From a virus (lineage: Duplodnaviria; Caudoviricetes): DNA of 41,017 nucleotides. The stretch is from IMG/VR virus record IMGVR_UViG_3300020541_000004, positions 1 to 41,017 of that record, one strand, 5' to 3'. Numbering within the stretch: position 1 is the first letter of the stretch; every line of letters starts with the position of its first letter. Positions 18,450 to 27,281 of the stretch are shown in pieces. Below the pieces are notes generated by a model. That model ran no database searches. It worked only from the letters and a program-made list of their open reading frames with translations, and was not told the DNA's origin. Made by a program: the position numbers and the translations under genes.

Positions 18450-19049
18450 ATGAACTTAGATAAACTTAAAGGACACATTCCTGACAATGTTATTGCTCAA
18501 ATTCCAAATGTTATGGAAAACTTTGGAATCAACACACCTCTTCGTCTAGCTCATTTCTTAGCTCAGTGTGGACATGAATCTGGTGGGTTTAGACTTACTC
18601 AAGAAAACCTTAACTATTCTGCAAAAGGTTTACTTGGAGTTTTTAAAAAATACTTTCCTACCCAAGCACTAGCAGATGCTTATGCTCGTAAGCCAGAGAA
18701 GATTGCTAACCGTGTGTATGGTAGCAGAATGGGCAATGGTGATGAGGCTTCAGGAGAAGGTTACAAATTTCGTGGAAGAGGATACATCCAGTTGACTGGT
18801 AAGCAAAACTACACTGCATTTGATGCTGCTGTAGAAGATAATATTCTTGCTAATCCTGATTTGGTTTCTAGCAAGCATGCTTTATCATCTGCTGCATGGT
18901 TCTGGAAAAAAAACGGCCTTAGTCTAATTGCTGATACAGGAAGTTCTACTGAAGTAGTAACTAAAATTACAAAGCGTGTAAATGGTGGTACTATTGGTCT
19001 TGCTGATCGTATTAAACACTTTAAAGAGTACCACGCATTACTTGCATAG
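18450..19049 (+). CDS. Endolysin, glycoside hydrolase family 19
   Basis: RLAHFLAQCGHESGG, ENLNYS, FRGRGYIQLTGKQNY, SAAWFW and ITKRVNGG. Confidence 0.93.
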   Translation: MNLDKLKGHIPDNVIAQIPNVMENFGINTPLRLAHFLAQCGHESGGFRLTQENLNYSAKGLLGVFKKYFPTQALADAYARKPEKIANRVYGSRMGNGDEASGEGYKFRGRGYIQLTGKQNYTAFDAAVEDNILANPDLVSSKHALSSAAWFWKKNGLSLIADTGSSTEVVTKITKRVNGGTIGLADRIKHFKEYHALLA

Positions 19050-19060
19050 ATTAAAATATT

Positions 19061-19195
19061 ATGGCAACAAAAGCTAAAACCAAACTTAGTGAATCTAGAA
19101 AGATCACTTTTGGTGTAAGAAGATGTGGAAAGCATGCTAAGTCAAGCGGACCTAAAGCAAGAAAAACAAGTAAATACAGAGGGCAAGGTAGGTAA
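19061..19195 (+). CDS. Small basic protein ending YRGQGR (44 aa)
   Basis: Manual translation MATKAKTKLSESRKITFGVRRCGKHAKSSGPKARKTSKYRGQGR. Not in the ORF track. Confidence 0.7.
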   Translation: MATKAKTKLSESRKITFGVRRCGKHAKSSGPKARKTSKYRGQGR

Positions 19196-19223
19196 TTAAC
19201 AGCTCTCTTTAAAAATTATAATC

Positions 19224-19868
19224 ATGAGAGCAGTTGTAATTAATTACACACATAAAATAGGGAACTTGATCATCAAGCTCCTTGCTACTTTAGCAACACT
19301 TTGGATAGTGTTTGCTTTATCTTTTCAAGTCTATATGACTTATTTACAATTTAGCGGTAATACAGAAACTACTGCTGAAATTGTAAGATGGCTTACTATA
19401 AAACTTGATGGAGGATGGTCCGATCATCCATCCAGTATTTGGTATCAAGAGCCTGAAAAAATAGATATTATATCTGTTACAAATAAAGTAGCTGTAGGAT
19501 CTCTTGCAGGTAATCGTAATCTAGAATTTGGTATAAAAAACATTCTTGAAGAAGCTCTTCAGGATAAAGATTATGAGTTAGACAAGAATGCTAATTTAAA
19601 ACTTGCGGTAGAGATTATTTATCTAGATGTACTAAAAACACAATCTAGTTTTTCTGTATTACATAATAATAAAGAATCAGTTGTTATTCGTTTACGCGGT
19701 CTTTTGTACAGAGACGGTAAGCTTGAAAAGAAAATTATGGTTGAGGAATCTGCAGATGAGATATCTATGTCTGCAGTTTTAATTGACGAAGGTGGTAAGT
19801 TTAATCAACAGAACTTAAGTTCTGCTTTAAAGAAAGCTTCTAACTCATTGATAACTAAACTTCTATAA
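19224..19868 (+). CDS. Membrane-anchored CsgG/LpoB-like fold protein
   Basis: N-terminal TM, then NLEFGIKNILEEAL...LAVEIIYLDV...VVIRLRGLLY...LSSALKKASNSLITKL alpha/beta pattern reminiscent of the CsgG/TolB-N family. Confidence 0.5.
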   Translation: MRAVVINYTHKIGNLIIKLLATLATLWIVFALSFQVYMTYLQFSGNTETTAEIVRWLTIKLDGGWSDHPSSIWYQEPEKIDIISVTNKVAVGSLAGNRNLEFGIKNILEEALQDKDYELDKNANLKLAVEIIYLDVLKTQSSFSVLHNNKESVVIRLRGLLYRDGKLEKKIMVEESADEISMSAVLIDEGGKFNQQNLSSALKKASNSLITKLL

Positions 19869-22000
19869 TGAAAAAGGTATTATTCTCTATTGTAGTTTTG
19901 TTAATCTTTTCTTTGCATTCTTATGCACAGATGAAATTTAAAGCTTCTACATCTGTAGGTGGTGCATCCCTTAATAGAGGAGATACTTTTGATTATATTA
20001 TTTATGGTAATGGTGTTAATAATAACACTACTCGTCAATTGCTATTTGATATTATGTATGACCAGGTAAACTTTGAATTAGTTTCCGTAAATCATACTGG
20101 CACTGGAGGCAATGGTGGTATTCTTCCTCAAAACTCTACTATTCAATTATCATTTAATAATTATCCAGATTATACCTGGAACTCAGTAACATCAGGTTCT
20201 GCAGCTAATAATACGAGTAATGGTACTACTAACTATCAATATTCTAGTTATACATATAATGGTGTAGGTGGGCCTAATGCTATTTTAAGAACAACACTCA
20301 CATGGTCTACTACATCACCTATGCCATATAATGGATATAGTGATTTTATTAAAATTAGATTTAGACTTAAAGCTGCTTCTACAGCTTATACTTTTAATCC
20401 TATTAGATTAAACTTTGTAGCTGCTTGGAATGGAACTGGTAACTGGGACAACACTGTAATGGAAGCCCCATTATCTACTAGTGTTTTAATGAATCAAAAC
20501 TTTGGTAAATATGTAACTGCAAAGATTGATTTAAACTCTAATCTTTTTAACGCTTCTCAGCTTAGAGTATCTTTTAGAGATACCGTTACTAATGTAGGTG
20601 TTTTGTTCCCTATTACTTCTACAGGAGAAGTTGATATCAATCAATCTCAGCTTAACTCCAATACCGTGTATGATGTATCCGTTATGCAAAATATGGATCA
20701 GTTGTATGCAGTATATAACAATGCAATTACTATTTCAGATTTTACATCAGCTCAGGGTGAATTTACTACTATGGGGTTAGATGGATCTAATGGACAAGTT
20801 CTTAATACTGGCCAATCTTCATTTGCTGCTGATATTAATAGGAATAAAAATATTGATGGTGGAGATCTTCCACAACTTTTGGCACAAGTAACTGGCTTAG
20901 ATACTCTTGTAATGCTTCCAAATGGATATACAACAGGAAGTAATGGTTGGATGAGTCTTCCTACATGGAGAGCGTCTGATGTAACTACAATTGCAGGTCA
21001 AGTAGAGTGGGGATATGTTTCTATAAATGGATATTCCAATGGTGTAAGTAGATTACATATTGACGCAAGAGAGTTTCCAAATGGAATTACTGCTGATCAA
21101 ATTAAATCTGTACAGTTATTTGACTTATACACAGGACCTGTAGAATTTGTAAGTAATGATGGAACATGGGCAATGTATAGAGTGCCTTCTTCTTTTACAA
21201 AGATTATAGATGGTTCTAGCACTTATGCTTCCTTTATAAGAAACATTTCTGGCTCAGATTATGGCTTTAGAGCAGAGTTTGAAATGAATGCCTCTGTAAA
21301 CAATTCATGGGGGGCTATTACTAAAAACAACTGGAAAAATATTACAACACCTCGTACTATATTTAAAACTGGTACACTTGGCACAAATGCCGTTTTAGAT
21401 CTTAAATATCTATTAAGAGGAGATGTAAATAGATCTCATTCTTCACAAGTAGTTACTATGAGTGGAGGAAATACATCAGTTTTGACAAATGCTGTCAATA
21501 GTTTATCTACTAATACAGCATTTAAGATGATGAGAACAGAAGCAATTGCTTCAGGAGTTTCTATGACTAATACTCCAAGTTTAAATACTATAGATGTAAA
21601 CCTAAATAATTTAACTGTTACATCTAACACTATCGAAATTCCAGTTAGTGTAGATGCAAAAGGACAATCTGTTACTGGATTACAATTTGAATTTACTTTT
21701 GATCCTTCTAAGATTAAGTTTGAAGAATTGCTAACTAATGTACCTAATACATGGTACGTATTTGCAAATACAAAAGATGGAAGAGTAAAGTTTGGAGCAT
21801 TAGATAAGAATAATTCAGAAGCTATTAAAGGAGTAACTATACCTTTTAAACTAAAATTTAGTACTATAGGTCAAGGTGTAGATATTATAACTTCTGTAAG
21901 AGTATCTCCTGTAATGGATGCTTCAGATGTTAAAGGAAACCAATTAGGAATTAATCTTAACTCAACACAAATTAAGTTAACTGGATATAATAATTTCTAA
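19868..22000 (+). CDS. Secreted protein with cohesin-like domains and dockerin-like Ca-binding loops
   Basis: Sec signal peptide (HSYA/Q); N-terminal QLLFDIMYDQVNFELVS and C-terminal IEIPVSVD...VTGLQFEFTFDPSKIKF cohesin-like segments; ADINRNKNIDGGDL and RGDVNRS dockerin-like motifs. Confidence 0.7.
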   Translation: MKKVLFSIVVLLIFSLHSYAQMKFKASTSVGGASLNRGDTFDYIIYGNGVNNNTTRQLLFDIMYDQVNFELVSVNHTGTGGNGGILPQNSTIQLSFNNYPDYTWNSVTSGSAANNTSNGTTNYQYSSYTYNGVGGPNAILRTTLTWSTTSPMPYNGYSDFIKIRFRLKAASTAYTFNPIRLNFVAAWNGTGNWDNTVMEAPLSTSVLMNQNFGKYVTAKIDLNSNLFNASQLRVSFRDTVTNVGVLFPITSTGEVDINQSQLNSNTVYDVSVMQNMDQLYAVYNNAITISDFTSAQGEFTTMGLDGSNGQVLNTGQSSFAADINRNKNIDGGDLPQLLAQVTGLDTLVMLPNGYTTGSNGWMSLPTWRASDVTTIAGQVEWGYVSINGYSNGVSRLHIDAREFPNGITADQIKSVQLFDLYTGPVEFVSNDGTWAMYRVPSSFTKIIDGSSTYASFIRNISGSDYGFRAEFEMNASVNNSWGAITKNNWKNITTPRTIFKTGTLGTNAVLDLKYLLRGDVNRSHSSQVVTMSGGNTSVLTNAVNSLSTNTAFKMMRTEAIASGVSMTNTPSLNTIDVNLNNLTVTSNTIEIPVSVDAKGQSVTGLQFEFTFDPSKIKFEELLTNVPNTWYVFANTKDGRVKFGALDKNNSEAIKGVTIPFKLKFSTIGQGVDIITSVRVSPVMDASDVKGNQLGINLNSTQIKLTGYNNF

Positions 22001-22001
22001 G

Positions 22002-22376
22002 ATGAAAGAGACCAATAAAATACTTGCTGTTTACCTTATGATTATGGGAATATTTGTTATATATTCTTGTAATAGAGAACTAGAAGAACCTAGACCTATT
22101 AATCTTGGTGTAGTGTCTATGTCCACTAACATAAAATCCTTTACTCAAAATGGTAATACTGTTGTAGTTGAGTTTGAAACTACAATTGGAGCTAAATACT
22201 CTGTGTTGATTATTCCTTTTGGTAAAGAAGAGCCAGTTAGAAAAGAAGGATTTACTGCTACAGAAGAAGTAACTAAAAAAGTATTTGATTTAAAAGAGCT
22301 ACCTAAACAAGATTATGATCTAATCTTTATAGATATAAATGGTAAAGAAGTAAAACATCCAATAATTATAAAATAG
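22002..22376 (+). CDS. Lipoprotein with a T9SS C-terminal-domain-like Ig fold
   Basis: Lipobox-like IYSC; C-terminus FDLKELPKQDYDLIFIDINGKEVKHPIIIK resembles the T9SS type A CTD pattern LxxGxY...KxxxK. Confidence 0.55.
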   Translation: MKETNKILAVYLMIMGIFVIYSCNRELEEPRPINLGVVSMSTNIKSFTQNGNTVVVEFETTIGAKYSVLIIPFGKEEPVRKEGFTATEEVTKKVFDLKELPKQDYDLIFIDINGKEVKHPIIIK

Positions 22377-22383
22377 TAAGATT

Positions 22384-22704
22384 ATGTCAGAGGAAACTGA
22401 AGAACACAACGATGGTACACTATCTGGATTGAAGAAAACAATCATTGGTGTATTAACTACTGCAGTGATGGGCTTAGGTACATGGGGTATTACCCAAATC
22501 ACTGGTGGAGGAGATGAACCAGCTGCTGTACAACAAGCACCTGCTCCAGTTATTAACATTACTAACTCTAACGAACAAGCTCAACAAGTTTCTGGAGGAA
22601 CTACAGTGATTAAAGAAAGAGTAGTAGAGAAAGCTGCAACACCTGCAGAAAAACCTAAGAAAAAAGAAGGTGATGAGTTTAAAGAAGCAGAACCTAAGTG
22701 GTAA
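22384..22704 (+). CDS. Single-TM protein with a Pro/Ala/Gln-rich tail
   Basis: TM segment IIGVLTTAVMGLGTWGI followed by a low-complexity linker. Confidence 0.7.
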   Translation: MSEETEEHNDGTLSGLKKTIIGVLTTAVMGLGTWGITQITGGGDEPAAVQQAPAPVINITNSNEQAQQVSGGTTVIKERVVEKAATPAEKPKKKEGDEFKEAEPKW

Positions 22705-22723
22705 CTAATTTAATTTAATTTAT

Positions 22724-23347
22724 ATGGAAAACAACATTCAACCAGGTGGTTTTAAAGACCTACTTAATTCAATGATGCTCAGACGCTGGTTTATTACAGC
22801 GTTAGTACTTGGATCTTTTATGCTTATTATAGCTGGCATTTTTACTGCTATTACTTATGGCACTGCAATCCAAGGTGAATGGAAAGAACTATTATTACTT
22901 TTACTAGGTGCCTTTATTGGTTCTTATGGTAAAATTATTGACTATTGGTTCTCTGATACAGACAAGGATAAGATGCTTGTACAGAAAATGGATGAAGAAG
23001 ATGGGGTTACTCTAAGTCATACTAACGATATGAAAGAGTCAGCTAAAGATCATACACCATTAGTAGATCCCGCATTTTTAGCTGCAGCTGATAGAGCTAA
23101 TGCACAAACACAAGCCAAAGCTCAAACAGAAATTATAGATGTTGTATCTGTTGAGATGCCAAAAGCTAAAGTGGGTGTAGAAGTTGATGAAGACGGAGAC
23201 GGTGTAATGGACGGTCTAGACTTCGATGGAGACGGTAAGATTGATGAGTATTTTGCACATCGTCAGTGTGAGCACGTTTGGGGTGACGCTGATGGAGACG
23301 GAGTAGAGGAATGTCTTAAATGTGGCAAGATAAAAGATATTGTGTAA
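22724..23347 (+). CDS. Two-TM protein with DxDxDG Ca-binding motifs and a C-terminal Cys/His cluster
   Basis: Two TM helices; DEDGDG, DFDGDG and DADGDG; CEHVW...CLKC. Confidence 0.75.
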   Translation: MENNIQPGGFKDLLNSMMLRRWFITALVLGSFMLIIAGIFTAITYGTAIQGEWKELLLLLLGAFIGSYGKIIDYWFSDTDKDKMLVQKMDEEDGVTLSHTNDMKESAKDHTPLVDPAFLAAADRANAQTQAKAQTEIIDVVSVEMPKAKVGVEVDEDGDGVMDGLDFDGDGKIDEYFAHRQCEHVWGDADGDGVEECLKCGKIKDIV

Positions 23348-23371
23348 CTTAATTAACTCCCATGGACGCTG

Positions 23372-23593
23372 ATGAACAAAAGGATAAAACTGAAGAGAGT
23401 AAACTCTCTGAGAGATATAAGTTTAATGCTAGCAATGTTCTTCTTGCCATTGGGATACGATCTTTTATTCAAGACTCTCTTAAACATTACTGGCAGCTTC
23501 TGGACCACAGATATCATATTTTATTGCTTATCAGGGGTATTTTGGCTGCTATATTGGGTTCTATCCAAGTATTCTAACAAATTGAGAACATGA
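23372..23593 (+). CDS. Small two-TM membrane protein
   Basis: Two hydrophobic segments; ATGA overlap with the next gene. Confidence 0.6.
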   Translation: MNKRIKLKRVNSLRDISLMLAMFFLPLGYDLLFKTLLNITGSFWTTDIIFYCLSGVFWLLYWVLSKYSNKLRT

Positions 23594-24321
23594 AAAAGAA
23601 ATATTTTGTTTGGTTTATGTTTTTTTCCGGCATGCTCCTCGTGGGGCATGCTGGTTTTTCTCAAATAGCTAAGACTAGCACTGAGAATTATAAAGCAGAC
23701 TTTGAAAAAGCTATTGACATTAGTCAGTTCCTTGATTATGAAGGCAAGCAGATTCCTATCCAAATTCTTAAGGCAGGTATTTCAGAAGAAATGTATGAGA
23801 TGTATCCTGAGCTTAAAGAAAAGCGGGTAGGTCTAGGTGTTGCTAATATTTCAATGGAATACCTAGAAAATCTAAACAGATTTAAGTTTACAGAAGATAA
23901 AACTGAGATTAAGAACCGTATGGTTAAACAGTTTCAAGCTTCTCAAGCGGGTATTTCTGAAAATCAGTTGGACGGACGCGGGAAGATTAATCTAGCAGAA
24001 TACTTTGTTACTATAGAATGCTATGATTATTCTATTTCTGAAGATGAATCTGTTTATATTAAAGGTGATACTAAACAACAGCTAGTAACTCGTATTGGTC
24101 TTCAAGTGAGATTTACTAATGCAGAAACTGGTACTGTTATATCTGGATCAGGATTAGGTGAAGCTACTACTACTAAAGAAACATCTGGAGTAACTGATGC
24201 TAGTTTAGATCCTGTTGCTTTTAATCAATCTTCTATTTCAATTGCTACTAAAAAAGCTCTAGACATTGCTTGTGCAAGAATCCTGGACCGAATGGTTAAA
24301 AAGGGAATCTTTGAAAAGTAA
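23590..24321 (+). CDS. CsgG/HfaB-family protein
   Basis: Signal peptide; GLGVANISMEYLENLNRFKFTE, GKINLAEYFVTIECYDY and IGLQVRFTNAETGTVI match the CsgG-family pattern (RFxxxER...G....A......G.I...LRLVDVxTGEV). Confidence 0.75.
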   Translation: MKKKYFVWFMFFSGMLLVGHAGFSQIAKTSTENYKADFEKAIDISQFLDYEGKQIPIQILKAGISEEMYEMYPELKEKRVGLGVANISMEYLENLNRFKFTEDKTEIKNRMVKQFQASQAGISENQLDGRGKINLAEYFVTIECYDYSISEDESVYIKGDTKQQLVTRIGLQVRFTNAETGTVISGSGLGEATTTKETSGVTDASLDPVAFNQSSISIATKKALDIACARILDRMVKKGIFEK

Positions 24322-25646
24322 TGAAAAAGTTTATTTTATCCTTAATAATAGTAGTATTACTACCTTTTTATGGATATACTCAAACACTGGTTCAAACATT
24401 TGTTGACCCATGTACAAAGGTTGTTTCCACCTTTGTTATCCCTCTTACTGGTAACACTGTTATTGTTTTTTATAACAAGTCTAAAATTTTTTCAGCTGCT
24501 GATGTACGTAGTGGCGCATTTAATAGTTGGCTTAATCAAGTTTATGAAGATTACAGGAAACTTTCTCCTTGTTCTGTGGCTCAGACTACAGCAACTACTA
24601 CTCAAATTACAGCAGGTGCTGTTTCTTCTGCTGTAAGTGCTGCAGCTTCTACAGCTGCTTCTGCTGCTGCATCTAGTGCAGCTTCTCAAGCCGCAAGTTC
24701 AGCGGCTTCTTCTGCTTCTAGCAGTGCAGCTTCGTCTGCTAGTTCTTCCGCAGCGAGCTCCGCTACTAGTTCTGGCTCTTCCTCACAGTCCTCAAATGGG
24801 TCAAGCACAGAATCTAGTAACAGTAACTCTAGCAGTAATGAAAGTTCTTCAGAGTCTAGTAGCTCTGAATCTGAATCAGGTGGTTCAGAAGAATCATCTT
24901 CTGAGTCAGAAGGTGAAAGTGAAGGTGGTGGAGATTCTAAATCTAAATCTAAAGGTGGGTCTAAAGGTGCTGCAAGAGTAAATCCTATATTGTTTAATAG
25001 TGATTTTACTGCAGGACAGTCACTTAATAATAGTTTTGCTGTAATCATGACTGGAGGAATATCCCAGTCATCTATGACAGGTCAGTCTTCTTGGGGAGTA
25101 ACTGCTATGGTATGGAGTAACTTCCAACAATTTGCTCTTAGTAGTAGATATACTGCTATGCATTTTGATGAAGGTAAACTTACAGGAATTTCTAATTTTG
25201 GTTTAACTGCAGCCTATGCTTTTGGTACAACATTTGGATTTGGTACCTATGCATATATTTATCCTATGGGTAAATGGGGTGTTGCAGGTGCTAACGTAAC
25301 TGTAGCTTTTGCTGGTGCGGAATATTTACCAGATCCTTCTAGTACTCCAGGAAAACAAATGAGCTTGACTAGCTCAATACTTTTATTCTACACTAAACCT
25401 TTTACAGTTAATCGTAGAATTACATTATCACCAGATGTTTATTTTTCTGGCAGCCCTTTAGTATATCTTACTAAAGAAGGTACTTTTACAGAGTCTAAAG
25501 AAGTAAATATTCTTACAGGACTAGGTGTTGACTACTCTTTTACAAGTAGATTTAAATTAAACATAGGCGTCAGAACTAGTATAAGCTCTAGTCCTGACAT
25601 ACCTATGTTATTTTTTGGTGTAATAGGTTCTAAAATTAATCTTTAG
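24321..25646 (+). CDS. Putative outer-membrane beta-barrel protein with a Ser/Ala-rich then Ser/Glu-rich linker
   Basis: Signal peptide, small two-Cys domain, ~130-aa low-complexity linker, then ~220 aa of alternating amphipathic strands ending FFGVIGSKINL. Confidence 0.65.
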   Translation: MKKFILSLIIVVLLPFYGYTQTLVQTFVDPCTKVVSTFVIPLTGNTVIVFYNKSKIFSAADVRSGAFNSWLNQVYEDYRKLSPCSVAQTTATTTQITAGAVSSAVSAAASTAASAAASSAASQAASSAASSASSSAASSASSSAASSATSSGSSSQSSNGSSTESSNSNSSSNESSSESSSSESESGGSEESSSESEGESEGGGDSKSKSKGGSKGAARVNPILFNSDFTAGQSLNNSFAVIMTGGISQSSMTGQSSWGVTAMVWSNFQQFALSSRYTAMHFDEGKLTGISNFGLTAAYAFGTTFGFGTYAYIYPMGKWGVAGANVTVAFAGAEYLPDPSSTPGKQMSLTSSILLFYTKPFTVNRRITLSPDVYFSGSPLVYLTKEGTFTESKEVNILTGLGVDYSFTSRFKLNIGVRTSISSSPDIPMLFFGVIGSKINL

Positions 25647-27154
25647 GCAATAGTTTTACCTTTCTCATTTACATTGTAAATCTTATGACCATCAAATACA
25701 ACAACTTGGTTATTTTCAGAATATTTTTTAATTACATCTGAATTAAAATGACCAAAATTTGATCCTCTAACACCAATAAAGAATGCTTTATCAGAATAGG
25801 TTCTACAAGTATCTTCTGCATCTGTAATAATTAAAGCATTTATGTCGTTTTTTGCAACAGAAACTACAGCTTTATCAATAGTTGTACCACCATCTACATC
25901 TAGCATTGCAATAGAAACAGGATCATTTCTAAACTTTTTAACAGAGTTGTTAAATAGATATACATCGTTTAACATGCCTAGTTCACTAAGTTTAATTGTA
26001 AAAGCTTTACAGAAATCAAGTTTAGTAATTCTATTTCCGTTTACATCTTCTAGACCAGAACCATCAGACATTGATCCAGAAATATCTATGTAGATATCCA
26101 CTTTACCAATTGACTTTTCATCTTTAATTAGAATATCTTCTACAAATATCTTTCTAAGTTTTGGATGTAACTCAATGTAGTCTTCTAGTCCACTGATATT
26201 GTCTGTATTAAACAAATCATCATAAGTAACTTCTTTTTTAGAACTGAAGTAAGAGGCGGATTTATCCATAAGCTTTTTAATCTTATCCTTAAGAGTACCT
26301 AAAGACATATTGATTTTTTCCATTTCTCTTGCCACCTTTCTAATGTAATCATTGCTTAGCTGTCCTGCTTGTTTACCTCCATCTTTAAGAACATCATTGA
26401 ACATTTTTTCTTGAGTTTCTTTATCTACTGAACCATCAAGATCTTTACATGTATCAGTTGCATTCTGCATGGCTTTTTCAAGCATTGACTTAGAATCATT
26501 ATCATCAAACATATTTTTCATTGCTTGATCTGTTTGAGTATTATCTCCTTCTCCACCTAAGCCATCTGTAAATTGTTTATGTGATTCAGGATCTAAGTAT
26601 TCCATCATTGCATATCTAATAGCAAAGTAAGCCATAATGTTTCTAGCAAATATTGCAGATTTAAGATTACTACCTTGTGTCATAATCTTTGATACTGGAT
26701 TATTTGCTTTCTCAAGAAGCTTAAACTTTGTATGATTAGCATCTGTTCGATCTTCAAATTCTAGCTGATCCATTTGGTGATAGAAAAGCTTATGAATATC
26801 TTTAGTTAGATGCCTAGGAAGTGCACGATAATGCTCTTTAACTTTCCTATGGAAAGTGTTTACATCAGGCTTATTACCAGGATCATCTTCAGTTGCTTCT
26901 GTAAAGTTTCCAGAACGGATTAGCTTTCTATAAGCATCTCCAATACAACCTTGATCATTTATATATGTATCAACTACTGTATCAACTTTACGCTCGTCAA
27001 TGTGATGCATATAAGGCTTAATCAAATCTGGTCTCTTGTAAAAATCAAGTTTTCCAAATAAGCCTTGGCTGTTGTTATAGTAAGACTGAATCTCACCTTT
27101 CTTTACTTTCTCAAGAATAGTATATACATTCTTGTATTGTTTGGAACCTGCCAT
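25643..27154 (-). CDS. VWA-domain protein (ViaA-like partner of a MoxR ATPase)
   Basis: MIDAS DISGSM, GGTT and IITDAED; adjacent to the MoxR-type ATPase. Confidence 0.85.
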   Translation of the reverse strand: MAGSKQYKNVYTILEKVKKGEIQSYYNNSQGLFGKLDFYKRPDLIKPYMHHIDERKVDTVVDTYINDQGCIGDAYRKLIRSGNFTEATEDDPGNKPDVNTFHRKVKEHYRALPRHLTKDIHKLFYHQMDQLEFEDRTDANHTKFKLLEKANNPVSKIMTQGSNLKSAIFARNIMAYFAIRYAMMEYLDPESHKQFTDGLGGEGDNTQTDQAMKNMFDDNDSKSMLEKAMQNATDTCKDLDGSVDKETQEKMFNDVLKDGGKQAGQLSNDYIRKVAREMEKINMSLGTLKDKIKKLMDKSASYFSSKKEVTYDDLFNTDNISGLEDYIELHPKLRKIFVEDILIKDEKSIGKVDIYIDISGSMSDGSGLEDVNGNRITKLDFCKAFTIKLSELGMLNDVYLFNNSVKKFRNDPVSIAMLDVDGGTTIDKAVVSVAKNDINALIITDAEDTCRTYSDKAFFIGVRGSNFGHFNSDVIKKYSENNQVVVFDGHKIYNVNEKGKTIA

Positions 27155-27180
27155 TTTTTCGTTTGTGGGTTATAAAATTA

Positions 27181-27214
27181 AGAGGAGACGCATCCAATAA
27201 GATGCATCTCCCCT
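27181..27214 (-). terminator. Intergenic hairpin between the ATPase and VWA genes
   Basis: ggagacgcatc/gatgcatctcc stem, with a G.U pair only on the minus strand. Confidence 0.5.
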
Positions 27215-27281
27215 TTGTTTAATACATAAACGTTTCCTTTATATGTATAAACATTTTCTGTTACATATTTATAACCCCATT

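Noticed and set aside
24590-24960. Low-complexity gct/tct/agt-rich DNA as a tandem repeat element
   Set aside because: Codon-degenerate coding for a Ser/Ala/Glu linker; no exact DNA period.
18200-25048. Alternative-frame and antisense ORFs in the plus-strand island (18200..18487, 18809..19135, 20598..20780, 21436..21630, 22320..22559, 23362..23577, 23521..23763, 24370..25048)
   Set aside because: They overlap better-supported genes; the Leu/Gln-rich ones are frame-shifted readings of the Ser/Ala linker.
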